A stretch of DNA of 63,859 bases, counting the filler, from a bacterium (lineage in GTDB: Bacteria > UBP15 > UBA6099 > JAJRTR01), in assembly GCA_024278215.1 (NCBI GenBank). It is 5 parts of 5 records of this genome, joined end to end, with 100 filler letters (N's around TTAATTAATTAA, not from the genome) between each part and the next. Parts side by side here need not be neighbours in the genome. Positions count along the whole stretch, not along the records: positions 59,982 to 63,859 come from JAJRTR010000205.1; 4 more parts are not named here. One strand, 5' to 3'. The translations under genes were made by a program, and so were the position numbers. The notes under the pieces are model-generated. The model was not told where the DNA came from and searched no databases. It saw only the letters and a program-made list of their open reading frames with translations. Positions 60,172-63,859 of this stretch are shown here, piece after piece (the first letter of the stretch is position 1; every line of letters begins with the position of its first letter).

Positions 60172-60825
60172 ATGAAATTTATGTCTTTAAGAGATGCATT
60201 AAATGAAATTTTGGGAAATTACGAATTTGCTCGTCATGCAAATAACAAAACAAATCCTTTGCCTATGTTAAGGGAGTTGAAAGATGAGGTGCATAACATT
60301 ATTCACGATGATTTTCCCGACATGCTTATTCAACATCCTGCTCCTCATATAACGCATCGTTTCCCCTGTCAGGCTTGGATAACAGTCTTGCATCCTGATA
60401 TTACAGAATCTCCGAAGAAAGGTTGCTATGTGGCATATCTTATTGCTTCATATAAACCAAGTAATGTAATTTTATGTTTTATGTCTGCTGTTAATGAAGT
60501 CGAAATACAAGTCGAAGATGATCATGACGCAATAGTTCACGAATTGCATAAAAGATCTCAAGAAATAAGCAGAAGTGCAGAAAAAATGATAAGGCGTGCA
60601 GACGCTACAGGGTTTTTAAAAATAGATAATTATGTCGGTTTTCTGCATGGTAATACAATACGCGATCATGGTAACACACGTGCTTTGTATTATGAGAAGG
60701 CAATAGCATTTGGAAAATCTTATGGAAATATTTTGCCCGAAGAAGAAGTATTGATAAATGATCTGAAAACGATTACGAATTTGTATGCGAGAATGGTTGG
60801 CTTGGGAATTGTCCCAATAGGTTAA
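60172..60825 (+). CDS. Stand-alone McrB-N/DUF3578-like domain protein, AT-rich
   Basis: WI..L...IT.S...G.YVAYL and YE......K.Y...LP.EE.L..DL......Y patterns. Confidence 0.55.
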   Translation: MKFMSLRDALNEILGNYEFARHANNKTNPLPMLRELKDEVHNIIHDDFPDMLIQHPAPHITHRFPCQAWITVLHPDITESPKKGCYVAYLIASYKPSNVILCFMSAVNEVEIQVEDDHDAIVHELHKRSQEISRSAEKMIRRADATGFLKIDNYVGFLHGNTIRDHGNTRALYYEKAIAFGKSYGNILPEEEVLINDLKTITNLYARMVGLGIVPIG

Positions 60826-60861
60826 TGCTAATCAATTGCACAAAGTTTGTATTATTAGACT

Positions 60862-60899
60862 CATAAAAAAGCCCCGGCTTATTACCGGGGCTTTTTATG
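60862..60899. terminator. Bidirectional intrinsic terminator
   Basis: AAAAAAGCCCCGG-CTTATTA-CCGGGGCTTTTT between convergent genes. Confidence 0.85.
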
Positions 60900-60992
60900 T
60901 TTCTGGCTACCGATTTTTCTATCTTAATCTTATCTGATTCTTAACTCAATAATGTGAGATCAAATCCTGATTCAGCCTATACATCAACCCAA

Positions 60993-62201
60993 TCACTCAT
61001 CCAATTTGCCGACGATCGAGATGCTGCATACGTTCATGCAGGGGAATCCGCCGAGGTTGTGCGTGAGGCCGAGTTTCGGGTTGTCGAGCTGTCGGTCGTC
61101 GGCGCGGCCCAGCAACTGGAGATACATCTCGTAGATCATGCGCAGGCCGGACGCGCCGATGGGATGTCCGAAACATTTGAGGCCGCCGTCGATCTGGCAT
61201 GGTATCTGTCCGTCGGCGTCGTAGAAGCCGTCCATGATGTCTCTGGGCGCCTGGCCTCTTTCGGAGATGTGAAGGTCTTCCATGGTAACAAGTTCAGTGA
61301 TCGAGAAACAGTCGTGGACTTCGATCATGCTGAGTTCCTCGCGCGGGTTGGTGATGCCTGCTTCTTTATATGCCGCCGTGCTGCATTTTGATGTTGTGAT
61401 GAAGTGGTCGCCGTCCCAGTTGTTGTACTGCATTTCCTCGCCGTTGCTGAGGGCGAGTTGGAGAGCCTTGACGGAGACGATGTCCTTCTTGCCCAGCTTC
61501 TTTGCGATCTCTGGTGTGGTGACAATCGCGCAGGCGGAGCCATCGCTGACACCGCAGCAGTCGAAGAGCCCGAGCGGGTGAGCGATCATGGGTGAAGAAA
61601 GGATTTTCGATATGTCGACTTTTTTGCGCAGATGGGCTTTCGGGTTATTCGCGCCGTTCTGGTGGCTTTTCCATGACACGTGCGCCATCGCCTTTTTCAG
61701 TTCTTTGGGCGGGATGTCGTACTTGACGGCGTATGCCTGCGCGAGCATGGAGAACGCGCCTGGGGCTGTGAGGTTGGGGAACCACAGCCAGTTGAGGGGC
61801 CCCGCGCCTGCGTTGAGGTCGGGGAGTCCGCCGTAGCCTGTGTCCTTGAGCTTTTCGACACCCTGCGCGAGCACTATGTCGTAGGCACCGGAGGCGACGG
61901 CGTAGACCGCGCCGCGGAACGCTTCGGTGCCGGACGCGCAGAAGTTCTCGACACGTGTCACGGGGATATTTTCGAGGCGCAGAGCTATCGGGAGCGCGAG
62001 CGCGCTTTTTCCAACGTTGATTTCTTCGATACATGTGCCGAGCCACGCCGCCTCGATGTCTTTTGTTTCGAGCCCGGCGTCTTCGAGGCATTCGAGGTAT
62101 GCTTCCACCATGAGTTCTTCGGCGCCGACGTCCCAGCGCTCGCCGAACTTCGAGCATCCCATGCCTACAATCGCGACTTTATCTCTGATTCCACTCGCCA
62201 T
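60993..62201 (-). CDS. Thiolase, SCP2/archaeal type
   Basis: ENFCASG, GVEKL, DGSA, EVHDCF, GHPIGASG, HNLGG; likely start 62201 (TAATG overlap). Confidence 0.9.
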   Translation of the reverse strand: MASGIRDKVAIVGMGCSKFGERWDVGAEELMVEAYLECLEDAGLETKDIEAAWLGTCIEEINVGKSALALPIALRLENIPVTRVENFCASGTEAFRGAVYAVASGAYDIVLAQGVEKLKDTGYGGLPDLNAGAGPLNWLWFPNLTAPGAFSMLAQAYAVKYDIPPKELKKAMAHVSWKSHQNGANNPKAHLRKKVDISKILSSPMIAHPLGLFDCCGVSDGSACAIVTTPEIAKKLGKKDIVSVKALQLALSNGEEMQYNNWDGDHFITTSKCSTAAYKEAGITNPREELSMIEVHDCFSITELVTMEDLHISERGQAPRDIMDGFYDADGQIPCQIDGGLKCFGHPIGASGLRMIYEMYLQLLGRADDRQLDNPKLGLTHNLGGFPCMNVCSISIVGKLDE

Positions 62202-63673
62202 TATTTGCTCGCCTCCTTTTCCTCTTTTTGCGGTATAGCTTTCCAGAAGTAGCCCTGGTAGCCGGAGCGGTCCTTGTCGAAATATTTCTTCCTGAATGAC
62301 ATTTTGATCTTGCCACCGACCTTGACGTCTTTCTGTTCGCAGTCTGTGAAGTCGAGCAACATGCGGCCACCTTCGTCGAACTGCACCAGTCCGTAGAGCG
62401 AGGGCGGTTCCGTCGATATCGCCAGCATGTCGGCGGTCCATGTTACGACTTTGCCTTCTTTTTCCGAGAACTCGTAGTCCGAGAAGTCGCGGACACTGTG
62501 GCAGTCGGGGTTGACGCATATCTCGGGCGGCGGCCACTGTGGCGTGCCGCATTTGTTGCATTTCGCGCCCACAAGGCCGGTGACCATCTTGCGCTTGCGC
62601 CATAGTGTGGTCATCGCGCTGCGACCACCCGCTTCAGCGCGGATGCCCATCTCGACCTGGAGCAGGTCGCGGAATTTTGCGAATTTTTCATAGTTCAGAA
62701 TCGCCCGCTTGTCGGCGAGGCAGCCCTTGATGCTTTTTCGTTCGGGTAGTTTTGTGATGTTTTCCGTTACCTCGAACAGCATGGCGTCGCAGCCCTGACC
62801 GAAGCAGGCCAGCAGTATCCTGTCGCCGGGTTTGGCCTGTTCGAGCGCCGTGATGAGCATTACCAGCGAATGTGCCGTGCCGGTTTCTCCGCAGACGTCG
62901 TGCATGTTGTCAAGCACCTTGTCGGGTGTCGCGCCGAGCAGCTTCGAGATTTTAAAGTGGTCGCCCTTAAAGAAGCAGGGGAAGACCAGCTTGTCGACAT
63001 CGGCCATCGTGATGCCGAGTTTGTCCATGAGCCCGTTGACGGCTTCGGGGATGATCTTCGTGTAGCCCTCGTCGCGCGTCCAGCGTTCTTCCCACATGTA
63101 GTCGTACTTGTAGCCCGCGCCGCGGAAGTGGTCGACGAAGTCGTGCGATGTGGAGTACGAACCTTTGTATTCGGCGATAACATTTTCGTCGCCGATCATG
63201 ACGGAGCCCGCGCCGTCGCCAAACCACATTTCGTAGAAATATGCCGCCTTCGTCTGCCTGTGGTCCGTGGCCGTGACGAGGATGTTCTTCCTGTTGCCGC
63301 CCGCCACCGCGTCGAGCGCGGTGATCATCGCTGTCGTGCCCGCCTTCATCGACGCGGTAAAATCCACCGCCAGCACACTGTCTTTGAGGTTTAGAGCGGT
63401 TTTCGCTATTCCCGCGTTCTGCCTGTCCGCATAGGGCAGGGTTGTCGACGCGAGATAGACCGCGTCGATCCGCGACTTGTCCATTCCCCTGAGGCAGTCG
63501 CGCGATGCTTCGACCGCCATGCTCAGCGCGTCTTCGTCCCAGTTGCACATTGACCTTTCACCCTGCGCCACCATCATAATCGCAGGCGCGAACCAGCCCA
63601 TCGCCTGAAAAATCTGCATGCGGTTGAGCCTCAGCTTGGGGATGTAACCCCCATAACTTGTAATTCCTGTCAT
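62201..63673 (-). CDS. HMG-CoA-synthase-like protein fused to a DUF35 (Zn-ribbon/OB) domain
   Basis: GITSYGGYIP..RL, DEDALSMA, GDGA, GETG; C-terminal CNKCG...C..P.C plus OB fold. Confidence 0.85.
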   Translation of the reverse strand: MTGITSYGGYIPKLRLNRMQIFQAMGWFAPAIMMVAQGERSMCNWDEDALSMAVEASRDCLRGMDKSRIDAVYLASTTLPYADRQNAGIAKTALNLKDSVLAVDFTASMKAGTTAMITALDAVAGGNRKNILVTATDHRQTKAAYFYEMWFGDGAGSVMIGDENVIAEYKGSYSTSHDFVDHFRGAGYKYDYMWEERWTRDEGYTKIIPEAVNGLMDKLGITMADVDKLVFPCFFKGDHFKISKLLGATPDKVLDNMHDVCGETGTAHSLVMLITALEQAKPGDRILLACFGQGCDAMLFEVTENITKLPERKSIKGCLADKRAILNYEKFAKFRDLLQVEMGIRAEAGGRSAMTTLWRKRKMVTGLVGAKCNKCGTPQWPPPEICVNPDCHSVRDFSDYEFSEKEGKVVTWTADMLAISTEPPSLYGLVQFDEGGRMLLDFTDCEQKDVKVGGKIKMSFRKKYFDKDRSGYQGYFWKAIPQKEEKEASK

Positions 63674-63710
63674 AAGTATCCTCCTTCCATTGTGTCCCTT
63701 ATTGTGTTCC

Positions 63711-63858
63711 TAACCCGGCAAAGCCGGAACCAAACAGGCCGCATTTTCGTGCCCAAACAAATGCGGTTTGAGCACGGCACACAGAGTTTCATCGTTCCAA
63801 AGGTCTACCTTGGAAACGCCTGTAACTGGAAGCTCCAGCTTTCACCGATCTCTTTTCA
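63711..63858 (+). repeat. Repeat family D, second copy
   Basis: Aligns with 22876-23022. Confidence 0.85.
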
Positions 63859-63859
63859 G

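Overview
Bacterial draft-genome window from what looks like a diderm, probably anaerobic organism. It is made of five contigs joined by artificial 100-bp N/TTAATTAATTAA linkers (25026-25125, 39276-39375, 52022-52121, 59882-59981), so adjacency across those gaps is not established. Recognisable content: an MBOAT/SGNH acylation pair, a GDPD, an esterase, a membrane-fused spermidine-synthase-like methyltransferase, a trimeric NuoE/NuoF/FdhA-type (probably electron-bifurcating) formate dehydrogenase, a large GreA-like protein, a MoxR-DUF58-BatABCDE operon, a class-A-like serine hydrolase, a three-gene surface/adhesin locus, a DUF6504-like/dinB cassette under a consensus promoter with an SOS-box-like site, DUF4175/TPR genes, pyrK-pyrD, an orphan cheB, MATE, Spy/CpxP, GT-C glycosyltransferases, DUF4127, lspA, a C39-like peptidase, a stand-alone McrB-N/DUF3578-like gene and an HMGS-like/DUF35 fusion with a thiolase. 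The most interesting unannotated signals are non-coding: (i) a perfect sigma28 promoter driving a ~75-nt terminator-ended RNA with an exposed anti-Shine-Dalgarno tract (2490-2598, minus strand); (ii) a second sigma28-like promoter ahead of a ~160-nt structured intergenic RNA candidate (33469-33670); (iii) four families of MITE/REP-like repeats in many intergenic spaces. Four genes carry single disruptions: two in-frame TAA codons and two homopolymer -1 shifts. No rRNA, tRNA or CRISPR array was seen. All family assignments come from motif recognition, not database searches.
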